Shown piece after piece: positions 17,189-26,258 of a stretch of 64,000 nucleotides of DNA. The DNA is from Arenicellales bacterium. GTDB taxonomy: Bacteria; Pseudomonadota; Gammaproteobacteria; Arenicellales; JAJDZL01. Each line of letters opens with the position of its first letter. Positions within the stretch are counted from its first letter, which is position 1. The translations under genes and the position numbers were made by a program. The notes under the pieces are model-generated. The model was not told where the DNA came from. It ran no database searches and saw nothing but the letters and a program-made list of their open reading frames with translations. The stretch covers positions 1,652,933 through 1,716,932 of the forward strand of contig CBDCPT010000001.1 of assembly GCA_965220395.1 (NCBI GenBank), given 5' to 3'.

Positions 17189-17327
17189 CTTTAGTTACCA
17201 TCCATTTTTGAAATTGTGACTAAAGTATAAACTATCAATTAGGTAATGTCAAGGGTTTTGTGACTATTGTATATAATTCCCCAAAATTTATATGGATTTT
17301 CAACTCCTTGGTTTATTCGGATGCTCA

Positions 17328-17363
17328 CAAAAAAGCCAGGCGACATAGCCACCTGGCTTTTTC
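17328..17363 (-). terminator. Rho-independent terminator downstream of fae (sequence is symmetric, so potentially bidirectional)
   Basis: AAAAAAGCCAGG-cgacatagcca-CCTGGCTTTTT is a GC stem flanked by an A-run and a T-run. Confidence 0.7.
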
Positions 17364-17377
17364 CAAGGAAACATGAA

Positions 17378-17881
17378 TTAGTCTGCTCCGAACGGGTGCG
17401 CTATACCCTTTTGAGCAATGACTTCTTGAGCATTAGGATGACCTGTGACAGCTCGACGAATCGCCTCACGTGTCGCCTCGTAGTTGTACTCCTGGATCTT
17501 ACTGTCATTTTCGGCATCCCAATGAATGAAAACACCAACACAAATGAACAGATCATCTGCTTCATCCGCTGGAATAGTGCCATCTTCAACGCTGTCGATG
17601 ACTGCCAATGACACAGCACGTTGGGCAGGGCCAAACATTTGCACCGCCTGTTTCGCGCCTTTCATGGTTACTTTATTGAACATGACAGTGTTTGGCTTCG
17701 CGGGAATATTGGGCGAAGCAACAGCCAGCAAGCTGGTAAAGCCGTCTTTGTTGTTGCACAGAGAATTACAAAACGCTGCTTCCACAGCAGACCCACGTGG
17801 TCCTATTAGCAAGTCAATGTGTGCAACTTCATTGCCTTCTCCAACTAATGATTCTCCGACCCTTACATTGTCAATCGCCAT
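17378..17881 (-). CDS. fae: Formaldehyde-activating enzyme
   Basis: 167 aa. [24 protein letters not shown]...MFNKVT...VGVFIHW closely follows the Fae sequences of methylotrophs, from memory. Confidence 0.9.
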   Translation of the reverse strand: MAIDNVRVGESLVGEGNEVAHIDLLIGPRGSAVEAAFCNSLCNNKDGFTSLLAVASPNIPAKPNTVMFNKVTMKGAKQAVQMFGPAQRAVSLAVIDSVEDGTIPADEADDLFICVGVFIHWDAENDSKIQEYNYEATREAIRRAVTGHPNAQEVIAQKGIAHPFGAD

Positions 17882-17970
17882 CTCATTACCTCCAACTTGG
17901 TTGAAAAAGAATTAATTTCTTTAGTAAATATAGTTAATTACTGTAAAACCGTAAACATCAAATTACACAC

Positions 17971-18903
17971 TTAATTTACTCTACTTTCAATACTGTGTGC
18001 AAAGAGAGTCGCGACAGTTAAATCTGCGCTCGTCCCTGGATTAATATGCCGTCGTTTCCATTCCGTATCATAATACATCAGTTCATCGTGCATATCACTT
18101 ATTGAATTTGCTCTCTTACAATGAGCATATAGCTTTTCAGCAACTGATTTGATCTCCTCGGCCACGTTAATGCCATGCTGTCGTAGAACATGCGAGTCGT
18201 GAAATCTCGAAAGATACGTCAGATAAACGGCCGTCGTAATTTCGTTTCTTCCAAACTTTTTAGCTTGTACTTCCTCAATCGCAGGAAATCCAGTTTCGAA
18301 AATATCCAAGAATCCGCTTGAGTACTGGCGTGCTAGCAGGTCTCGTGATTCCGCGACTTTCATGATTGTTTGAATATCGGCGGCAGCGTGCTCAAATACA
18401 TCATGCTCGGAAGATTCTCCAAGACCGGAAGGCGAGGCTATTCTGATCGCGTTTAAAATCAGTTCAGCATCTTCGACACCCGATTCAGTGATTCCCTTTT
18501 GTATCGACTGTCGCAAGCCCACTTGTGAGATATTTCGATATCCGTGTACGATAGGTACGCACAACAAAATGATCCCCAAGTTGGTATTGGTGGCAACGGC
18601 TTCCTGTGTTGCTCGTACCGATTGAATGACTCTTTGTCCCAGACCCAAAGCTGGGTGAGCAATAATTGAAGCAGAGGCAAAAGCGCTTGCAAGAAAGTGT
18701 TCAGTCGTCAAGTCATGTCCATCAGCATAGCAGTGAACATTTCCGGGTTTCAGTGCGGTTAGGTCGCGTACGCAAGCGGACCAGTATAGCAACGCGATGG
18801 GGTCATGGAGTCGGTGCCGTATTTTTGTGCTCCAACTCTCAAAAATATGTGAAGCCTCTGTTGCAAACTCAGTCAGAAATTCTTCTTCATTTAGTGTTCT
18901 CAC
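17971..18903 (-). CDS. Triphosphoribosyl-dephospho-CoA synthase (CitG/MdcB) family protein, H4MPT/methanofuran-cluster type
   Basis: 310 aa with LKPGNVH and NPGTSADLTVATLF motifs. It is adjacent to fae. Confidence 0.6.
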   Translation of the reverse strand: MRTLNEEEFLTEFATEASHIFESWSTKIRHRLHDPIALLYWSACVRDLTALKPGNVHCYADGHDLTTEHFLASAFASASIIAHPALGLGQRVIQSVRATQEAVATNTNLGIILLCVPIVHGYRNISQVGLRQSIQKGITESGVEDAELILNAIRIASPSGLGESSEHDVFEHAAADIQTIMKVAESRDLLARQYSSGFLDIFETGFPAIEEVQAKKFGRNEITTAVYLTYLSRFHDSHVLRQHGINVAEEIKSVAEKLYAHCKRANSISDMHDELMYYDTEWKRRHINPGTSADLTVATLFAHSIESRVN

Positions 18904-20308
18904 GAGAAGTCCTGGCCGCTGCGGCTGCGGCTGCTTTATATTGACGAAAATAGCCTAGAGTAGCTTTGAGCCCGGGATTGTTCTGGTCATCCGGATGAGT
19001 CTTCTCGAACTTGAGTTCCGCATTGTGCCTTTTAGCCACTTCATCCGCACAATAGAGGCCCAATCCTTCACCTGGCATCAATTTGTCACGGTCCAGTCGA
19101 AAATTCAGCTTTCGAACCTCCTCGTGTTTTTCAGGTGGAATTCCCGGTCCGGTATCGGCAATGACAAACTCAAATCCTTCCGGTTTGCTGATGCCTGCCA
19201 CTTTAACAGTGCCTTCTTTCGGCGTGTATTTGATTGCATTCTTCAATAAATTTTCAAGCGCTAGATATATGGCATTTTGGTAACCAGGAATCTCTATTCG
19301 CTCAGCCTCTAACACATAGTTCAATTTGATTTTTTTGTTCTCTGCCATCTCCAGATGATCTCTATAGAGTTTGTCAATGACTTCAATCGGATTGAATTTA
19401 CTGTGTTCTTCCTCAGAGATCTTGTTCTCGAATTCTGCAACAGACACCACCACACCAACCGCACTGTCTATCAATCCCACTTCTGAAAGCAATTGGCTCT
19501 TTTCTTCATCATTTAGATTTGCACTGTGCACAAGTTGCTCTTTCAGTCGATACAGAGGCGACAATATATTATGTTCAATTTTATTGGATACCTTTCTAAG
19601 GTGGCCTACTTGATAATCTATTCGCTCCAGCATATTGTTGATATTCTCCGCCAACTGGTCAAAATTATCACCGCTCCTGTTTCTCTTAATTCTTTCGCCG
19701 AAATTTCCTGTCAATACAGCTTCACTAGTATTGTTAAATACTTGCAGACGTCGCGAAATCAGTTTTGTAAACAAATACGCCGCACCTAGTGCGACAAAGG
19801 TCGCAATGATTGTGCCCCACACCAGTACATCAAAAACAAATTCACGTAGCTCGCTCACGTTTCTGCCTACCAGCAGAATGAACTGGTCATTTAACCTAAC
19901 GGCACGAGCGCGCACAGCATAGCGCGTTTCATTGCCGGGCAAATCAAAATCAACTATGCCCTCGTCATCGAAGCCGGATGTTGGCAATTCTTCTATATTG
20001 CCGTAAATTTTTTGACCAGTTATGCTCGTTAGCAAATAGATTTTGTGTGGATTTTCAGGTGATTGTGCCGATACTTTATTTGCTATCGTTTCAAAGAATA
20101 AAAATGTTCTTCCAGGGTGGACGATGTAGGAACGTTGAATTGACTCGAATATGTAAATCAGCTCTCGGTCGATATCTTCAAGTCGGGAGTGCAATGATGC
20201 ATTGCGTGCGATTACGATAGCTCCGGCAATTGATAACCAGATCACCAGAGTGAAAACAACAGCCAGAACGAACGAAAATCCTTTGAAATAATTTTTCATG
20301 CTGAACAC
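18887..20308 (-). CDS. Sensor histidine kinase (two TM segments, HAMP-like, HisKA, HATPase_c)
   Basis: An N-terminal TM segment and a second TM at ~aa 160, then LKNAIKYTP, DTGPGIP and GEGLGL (N, G1 and G2 boxes). Confidence 0.8.
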   Translation of the reverse strand: MFSMKNYFKGFSFVLAVVFTLVIWLSIAGAIVIARNASLHSRLEDIDRELIYIFESIQRSYIVHPGRTFLFFETIANKVSAQSPENPHKIYLLTSITGQKIYGNIEELPTSGFDDEGIVDFDLPGNETRYAVRARAVRLNDQFILLVGRNVSELREFVFDVLVWGTIIATFVALGAAYLFTKLISRRLQVFNNTSEAVLTGNFGERIKRNRSGDNFDQLAENINNMLERIDYQVGHLRKVSNKIEHNILSPLYRLKEQLVHSANLNDEEKSQLLSEVGLIDSAVGVVVSVAEFENKISEEEHSKFNPIEVIDKLYRDHLEMAENKKIKLNYVLEAERIEIPGYQNAIYLALENLLKNAIKYTPKEGTVKVAGISKPEGFEFVIADTGPGIPPEKHEEVRKLNFRLDRDKLMPGEGLGLYCADEVAKRHNAELKFEKTHPDDQNNPGLKATLGYFRQYKAAAAAAARTSRENTK

Positions 20309-20356
20309 GCGCTAAAACGGGTTTCAGCTTTTTCTCAAAAGTTGAAATCCATCTGT

Positions 20357-21118
20357 TTATTTGATTGAGGCTTTTCTCTTGCTTTTCTCACGCAGTGCAT
20401 AGCCGACTTTGTGAACGGTAAAAATCATTTTTTCTGAACCTTCGTGGGGTTCTATAGCCTTTCTTAATCCATGCACTTGAACTGATACATTATTGCTATT
20501 CTTGTTGCTCTTGTTTTTCCGACCGCTATTGGATTTCTCAATTAATTGGGTAATCTTCTCATACTTTACAACTTCATTTTTGGATTTTATCAATAATGCA
20601 AGAATATCAAACTGTGTAGGAGACAGATGCACTGGCTTGCCCTTAATTGTCACCGTTCTTTGGCTGCAGTCGAGTTTTAGTTGGTCGACTTGGAGGACCA
20701 TCCTTTCTGCCTTCAATTTTTCAGAAACTGCTTCTACCCCTTGCATGGTCTGCATCAAATGGCTAACCCCATCCTTCTTGGACACGTAGAAGTGGCAACC
20801 GGCATCATATCCTTCTTGTGATTTCCACATGTAATTCAATTTCCCGACGGCGCTAAATCCAACCACTAAAGTATCAATTTTCTCCTCCTTAATGGTCTTT
20901 ACAATATTTAACCCAGAATCGTCATCATCCAAGACAGGACTGCTCTTATCTAATGGAAGCACCCGGTCAACTATAGTTACATCAAATTCTCCATTCCGAA
21001 CGAGTGCTAAGCCGTCTTGAAAATTTTCGGCTACTTCGACATGATGCTCCTGCTCCACAAGTTTCCGAACGATTGCATCTCTCCAAAATTCATCATCCTC
21101 AATGAGCAGTATTTTCAT
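20357..21118 (-). CDS. Response regulator with winged-helix DNA-binding output (atypical receiver with an insertion)
   Basis: MKILLIEDDE...VTIVDRVLP receiver start. The C-terminal LSPTQFDILALL...VHKVGYAL is OmpR-type. Confidence 0.7.
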   Translation of the reverse strand: MKILLIEDDEFWRDAIVRKLVEQEHHVEVAENFQDGLALVRNGEFDVTIVDRVLPLDKSSPVLDDDDSGLNIVKTIKEEKIDTLVVGFSAVGKLNYMWKSQEGYDAGCHFYVSKKDGVSHLMQTMQGVEAVSEKLKAERMVLQVDQLKLDCSQRTVTIKGKPVHLSPTQFDILALLIKSKNEVVKYEKITQLIEKSNSGRKNKSNKNSNNVSVQVHGLRKAIEPHEGSEKMIFTVHKVGYALREKSKRKASIK

Positions 21119-21310
21119 CGAATATTCACCATCGAATACAGTTTCAATCTAATTCAGAATTTTCCTGCATTGTGCTCGCTTCGCATTTTTATATCTATTT
21201 TGCGCCCAACAGTATCCTTGCGCCAATGAATTGAATATGCGTCAAATAGCAGCAGGATATCGCTGCTACTTGACGCGTTTTCTCTAACGAGTAAGTTAGG
21301 GAAGAGAGAA

Positions 21311-22885
21311 TTATCCAAGGTCTACTACAATGAATTGGCTGTTGCTGCCTCTCTCAATTAGCATTAGAGTTCTAGTTTTTTCAGACAAACGCAAAGAGGC
21401 AAAAGTTTCAATAACAGCATTCACGGTTGAAGTGTCCTTTCGATCTATCGATTTGATAACATCACCCATACGAAGTCCGGATTTATCTGCAGGACTGTCA
21501 GGAACCACATCAAGGATGATCACACCGACAACATTTTCATCAATTCCATATCTCGAACGCAAATCCGAATTCAGTTCCGCTAATGTGACACCGAATTGAG
21601 TATTGGCACTTTCGTTCTGTGCCATATCTTTTTTAGCGTTTCTCATTTCTGTGTCTGCACCCGCAAGAACCTTAATTCTTGTATTCAGTGAAATGGTTTC
21701 ACTTCCTCGAATTACGTTGATTGCGACTTCACTGCCGGGTTTTGTCTTTTTCACCAGTCCCGAGAGATCCTGAACAGTTCCGATAGTCTGCCCATCGAAT
21801 TCCACGATGAGATCACCCGGTTGTATACCCGCAACATCGGCCGGACTATTTGCTTGAACTTCCGAAACCAACGCACCATATTGACCATCAGGCTTATCCG
21901 AAAGATTCAGTGCCTGAGCAATTTCACTCGTAACCGTTTGAATCACGACTCCAAGCCAACCTCTTCTGACAATGCCATCATAGATCAAACTGTTGGAAAT
22001 ATCGTCGACAACGCTCGAAGGAATCGCAAAACCAACACCGGCATTAACTCCAGTGGGTGAAAAAATCAGAGTATTGATCCCGATCACCTGTCCTTCGGTA
22101 TTGAACAATGGACCACCCGAATTCCCCTTGTTTACTGCCGCATCAATCTGAAGTAATGGAACGTTTGGCGAGTTTTGAATCAAGTTGCGACCCTTGGCCG
22201 AGACTATGCCAAGAGAAACCGACTGGGTTAGTCCGAACGGGTCGCCAATTGCAATAACCCAGTCTCCAACCCGAGCATTTTCAGAATTTCCAAACTCTGC
22301 ATACGGCAAGGGAGTCTCGGTATCTATCTTCAAAACTGCCATGTCCGTCAGCCTATCGCTACCGACGAGTTCAGCAGAGTATTCAGTTTGATCAGAAAGC
22401 GTAATCTTGATTGTTTCTGCATCTTCAACAACATGCAAATTGGTCACAATGTATCCGTCGGGATTGATGATTACTCCAGATCCTGTGTTGGACATTTGTC
22501 TGCCATACTGCTTAGAAGGAGGTTGTTTTCCAGGTTCGAATCTCTTGAAGAATTCCCACATCCTTGGGTCTAAATTCCTAAATGTTTCAGCATCAAAATC
22601 CGGCGGCCAACGAAAATAATTTATGCCGTCAACATTGTTTTTTCGAGTAGCCTCAATTGAAATGACAGCAGGTGAAACCGCTTCAACAAGTTCTGCGAAT
22701 CCGGAATTCACAACATTTTCTTCAAGATTAGCATTAACCGGCTTGCCGCCTTCGACCGCGTGAACCAAAGACTCAGGGCGAAACGCCATCACAGCGAATA
22801 CAATTGAGACAAACAGAATCAACGCCCACCCAACTTTACGCGCTGGCAGATTGCCGATATTTGAAAACGAATTTGATTTTTGCAT
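21311..22885 (-). CDS. HtrA/DegP/DegQ-family periplasmic serine protease with two PDZ domains
   Basis: TNLHVV, DMAVLKI and GNSGGPLFN form the catalytic triad context. Two PDZ-like segments are present, along with an N-terminal signal/anchor. Confidence 0.88.
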   Translation of the reverse strand: MQKSNSFSNIGNLPARKVGWALILFVSIVFAVMAFRPESLVHAVEGGKPVNANLEENVVNSGFAELVEAVSPAVISIEATRKNNVDGINYFRWPPDFDAETFRNLDPRMWEFFKRFEPGKQPPSKQYGRQMSNTGSGVIINPDGYIVTNLHVVEDAETIKITLSDQTEYSAELVGSDRLTDMAVLKIDTETPLPYAEFGNSENARVGDWVIAIGDPFGLTQSVSLGIVSAKGRNLIQNSPNVPLLQIDAAVNKGNSGGPLFNTEGQVIGINTLIFSPTGVNAGVGFAIPSSVVDDISNSLIYDGIVRRGWLGVVIQTVTSEIAQALNLSDKPDGQYGALVSEVQANSPADVAGIQPGDLIVEFDGQTIGTVQDLSGLVKKTKPGSEVAINVIRGSETISLNTRIKVLAGADTEMRNAKKDMAQNESANTQFGVTLAELNSDLRSRYGIDENVVGVIILDVVPDSPADKSGLRMGDVIKSIDRKDTSTVNAVIETFASLRLSEKTRTLMLIERGSNSQFIVVDLG

Positions 22886-22971
22886 TGAGTTCTCCTAATG
22901 CGAAATTAAACTTTCCAATATTCTAACGAATATTTCCTAAAAAAATATTAACAAGCATTAATAGTTACGCG

Positions 22972-24177
22972 ATGGAAGTGCATAATAGAAATTCAAAACT
23001 TTCCACTTGTGAAATTCTCATAGTTGGGGGCGGAATAATGGGAAGTTCCATCGCCTATTTTCTAGCATCAAACTCTGACTACGACGGATCAATCGCCGTC
23101 ATCGAGAAGGATTCCACTTATTCTGCATGCGCAACCACACGGTCTGTGGGTTCAATTCGTCAACAGTTTTCTACTCCAGAAAATGTGTTGATTTCACAGT
23201 TTGGCTATGAGTTTCTCTCGAATGCTGACGAGCTTCTCAAGGTGGGTGACAACTCCCCTGATATCGGCTTGATTCGTTCAGCGTATCTGCTTTTGGCAAC
23301 TCACGCAGGACAGGATGAACTTCGTCGAGGGCATGACATGCAAACCGTTTGCGGTTCGCAAGTTGAGTATCTAGACACCGCTTCACTGGCTAGAACATTT
23401 CACTGGCTGAATGTAGATGATTTAGCTGCCGGATGTAGAGGGCTGCAGGAAGAAGGCTGGTTTGACCCCTACAGTCTGCTGATCGCACTCAAGCAGAAAG
23501 CGATTTCACTCGGTGTCCGTTATATTGAAGATGAAGTAATGTATGTCCATCTTCAGTCTGATCGTGTTACCGGAGCTGACTTGAAGTCTTACGGTCACCT
23601 TCGCTGTGAATCCATGGTCAACGCCGCGGGACCTTATGCGGGCGACTTGGCTTTGCAAGCCGGAATTTCTTTGCCTGTTTCACCACGCAGACGCAACGTG
23701 TTCGTTTTTCGCACCAAGTCACCAATTGAAGATATGCCGCTGGTTGTCGATCCGTCAGGATTTTATGTGAGACCAGAGGGTGATCGCTATATATGTGGAT
23801 ACTCTCCTTTAAGTCATGAAGAAGACCCGATCGACTACACATTGAATGTCGATCATGAATTATTTGACGATTTGATCTGGCCCAAACTGGCACACCGTAT
23901 TCCACAATTCGAAACACTTCGAGTGGTCAATTCCTGGGCGGGACACTACGACTACAACTCGTTTGATCGAAATGGCATCGTAGGCTTTCATCCGGAAATC
24001 TCCAATTTTTACTTCGCGAATGGATTCAGCGGGCATGGCCTACAGCAGGCACCGGCGATTGGCAGAGCGATTTCGGAACTCGTCGTCGATGGCCAGTACA
24101 AATCATTGGATTTGACCAGACTGAGTTACGAAAGAATTCTGGCAGAAAAAAAATATGGTGAATCTGTCATTATCTAG
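22972..24177 (+). CDS. FAD-dependent oxidoreductase (DAO family)
   Basis: ILIVGGGIMGSSIAYFLA is the dinucleotide-binding motif. The protein is 401 aa. Confidence 0.7.
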   Translation: MEVHNRNSKLSTCEILIVGGGIMGSSIAYFLASNSDYDGSIAVIEKDSTYSACATTRSVGSIRQQFSTPENVLISQFGYEFLSNADELLKVGDNSPDIGLIRSAYLLLATHAGQDELRRGHDMQTVCGSQVEYLDTASLARTFHWLNVDDLAAGCRGLQEEGWFDPYSLLIALKQKAISLGVRYIEDEVMYVHLQSDRVTGADLKSYGHLRCESMVNAAGPYAGDLALQAGISLPVSPRRRNVFVFRTKSPIEDMPLVVDPSGFYVRPEGDRYICGYSPLSHEEDPIDYTLNVDHELFDDLIWPKLAHRIPQFETLRVVNSWAGHYDYNSFDRNGIVGFHPEISNFYFANGFSGHGLQQAPAIGRAISELVVDGQYKSLDLTRLSYERILAEKKYGESVII

Positions 24178-24250
24178 AAATCTGACCGACCTTCGGAAGT
24201 ATCAATCCGTTATGCCATTAAGGTCAAACAAGTAAATCAATTGACAACTT

Positions 24251-24907
24251 TTAGCAGTTTTTCACAGACTCATCAAATTCTCCATCAACAATCCCTAATT
24301 CACCAAGCAAGCCGGCTGGAATGGGACGTATTGTTCCTGTACTGCCCGGAAGCAGCGTCTTCAGGTCGGACAAGGCTGCATCAAATTGATCGTTGAGTAC
24401 CAGGTGATCGTAATCAAAACAATTTCTTATGTCATATACCGCTACTGCAAGCCGGGCTTCAATCGTGTCGCCGGAGTCGCGTCCCCTGCTGCGCAATCGA
24501 TTTCGCAAACTTTGAATTGAAGGAGGCAGCAAGAACACTCGCACCGCAGACGGAAACAGTTCCACTACCTGTTTGGCACCCTGCCACTCTATTTCGAGCA
24601 ATACATTCTCACCCGAATTCAAGTGTTGTTCGATTGATGTTCTGGAAGTGCCGTAATAGTGACCATAAACCTTTGCATGTTCAACAAAATCTCGCGCCTC
24701 AATCATTCGTTGAAATTCATCGTCACTAATGAAATGGTAGTCTTTTCCATCGACTTCATTTCGCCGAATCTCACGGGTTGTATGTGAAACTGAAAGAACG
24801 GTTCTCTCTGAGGATTCAACCAAGGCACGCGACAGGCTTGACTTTCCCGTACCAGAAGCAGCGGAAATGATCAACAATACTGATTCTTCTTTCTGCGTTG
24901 GCGTCAT
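24251..24907 (-). CDS. gmk: Guanylate kinase
   Basis: ISAASGTGKSSL P-loop, TTREIRRNEVDGKDYHF, and conserved synteny with yicC. Confidence 0.9.
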   Translation of the reverse strand: MTPTQKEESVLLIISAASGTGKSSLSRALVESSERTVLSVSHTTREIRRNEVDGKDYHFISDDEFQRMIEARDFVEHAKVYGHYYGTSRTSIEQHLNSGENVLLEIEWQGAKQVVELFPSAVRVFLLPPSIQSLRNRLRSRGRDSGDTIEARLAVAVYDIRNCFDYDHLVLNDQFDAALSDLKTLLPGSTGTIRPIPAGLLGELGIVDGEFDESVKNC

Positions 24908-25770
24908 GCGACGTTTTGTACTTGTTCGCGAATCTGTTCCAGCACGACTTTCATATCGACCATCAGCGAATTCAGCGGATAGTGAGCCGACTTGGACGAG
25001 AATGTATTCACTTCACGCCCCAATTCCTGAAGAACAAATCCTAACCGTTTTCCTGCTTCTTGGTCTTCTGATAGCACCCGCTCGAGTTCAGCAATGTGCA
25101 ATCCAATACGCTCCATTTCCTCACACACATCTGCCTTCACCAGAATCAGCGCTATTTCCTGCTCAAACCTTTCCGCATCAATTTCGAGTTTCATTTCCTC
25201 AAGCTTGTTTGCGATCCGGTTGCGCAGGTATTCCTGTGCCTCAGGGAGCAGATCCATCGCACTCGTTTTAAATTCCTTGAATTCCTTGATTTTTTCACTC
25301 AGCAAAGATTGGATTGCCTGCCCCTCTCTACGCCGGTCTAGATCCAGCTCTTCGACAAGCTTCTCGAAAAGCTTGAGAATTTCTTCATTCAGTTCTGAAT
25401 CATCCAAATCTGTTGAAGTCAGAACGCCTGGCCACTTTAATATGTCGCATATGGTTAGCGGCGATGACTGGGAGACCAAATCCATTACCCTTTGAGAATG
25501 GGCAATAAGATTTTCAACGCAAGTCTGATTGAATTGCTGAATTGCGTTGCCTCCCTTAATAGATTTAAATTTGAGCACTACTTCAATTCTGCCACGATTG
25601 AATTGAACGGCAAGCCGCTGACGACAAGCAGCTTCCAGCGGGCGGAAAATTTCAGGCAACTGAATGTTGAGGTCCAAAGCTCGGTGATTCAATGAGCGCG
25701 CCTCCCACTGTATCTCACCCCAATTGGTTGTTGAAGCCTGTCTGGCAAATCCGGTCATGCTGGAAATCAT
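24904..25770 (-). CDS. yicC: YicC-family stress-induced protein
   Basis: MISSMTGFA N-terminus and a C-terminal EQIREQVQNVA-type ending. 288 aa. Confidence 0.85.
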   Translation of the reverse strand: MISSMTGFARQASTTNWGEIQWEARSLNHRALDLNIQLPEIFRPLEAACRQRLAVQFNRGRIEVVLKFKSIKGGNAIQQFNQTCVENLIAHSQRVMDLVSQSSPLTICDILKWPGVLTSTDLDDSELNEEILKLFEKLVEELDLDRRREGQAIQSLLSEKIKEFKEFKTSAMDLLPEAQEYLRNRIANKLEEMKLEIDAERFEQEIALILVKADVCEEMERIGLHIAELERVLSEDQEAGKRLGFVLQELGREVNTFSSKSAHYPLNSLMVDMKVVLEQIREQVQNVA

Positions 25771-25881
25771 GTCAACTGTAAATCCCTTATAATTTGTAGC
25801 AACTCAATCGGCATCATGAAACGACATCACTATTGGCTGATTGGCAATGTCATTCAACCGATAAAATAGGAAAATTCAATT

Positions 25882-26205
25882 ATGAATGATTTCAACTTGG
25901 AAAGCAGTCACTGTGTCGCAAGTGTGTCCGAACTGGAAGATCGTGTGCCCTACCCGGTTGATGTCGCAGGAGAAGAAATCGCACTCATCCTGATGGACGG
26001 TGAAATCCACGCAATCGATAATATTTGCACACACGAATACGCCTGTCTTTCAGACGGTTACGTTGAGGAAGACCGCATAGTCTGCCCACTTCATCTCGCT
26101 GAATTTAACATTACAACCGGTGCCGTCGTTGAAGATCCGGCCGAAGAGGATTTGAAGACTTATCCAGTCCAAGTTGTCGAGGATAACGTTTATATTCAGA
26201 TTTGA
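25882..26205 (+). CDS. Rieske [2Fe-2S] ferredoxin-type protein
   Basis: CTHEYACLSDG ... CPLHLAEFN are the CxH/CxxH Rieske motifs. Confidence 0.8.
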   Translation: MNDFNLESSHCVASVSELEDRVPYPVDVAGEEIALILMDGEIHAIDNICTHEYACLSDGYVEEDRIVCPLHLAEFNITTGAVVEDPAEEDLKTYPVQVVEDNVYIQI

Positions 26206-26258
26206 CGAATTAAAAACATCATTCCAGATTGCCAGCGAGCAGCCAAATGACCGGTAAC

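Larger units (their letters stand above)
14235..17281 (-). mobile_element. IS1595-family element 2 carrying passenger genes, including a tRNA (3,047 bp)
   Basis: A perfect 30-bp terminal inverted repeat GGGAATTATATACAATAGTCACAAAACCCT occurs at 14235-14264 and, reverse-complemented, at 17252-17281. A perfect 8-bp direct repeat CAAAATTT flanks it at 14227-14234 and 17282-17289. Confidence 0.88.

Noticed and set aside
18905-18945. GCGGCT-type short repeats (poly-Ala tail) at the histidine kinase and citG-like gene overlap, considered as a variable microsatellite.
   Set aside because: There are only about three imperfect units, the repeat encodes a short Ala run, and nothing suggests regulatory function.
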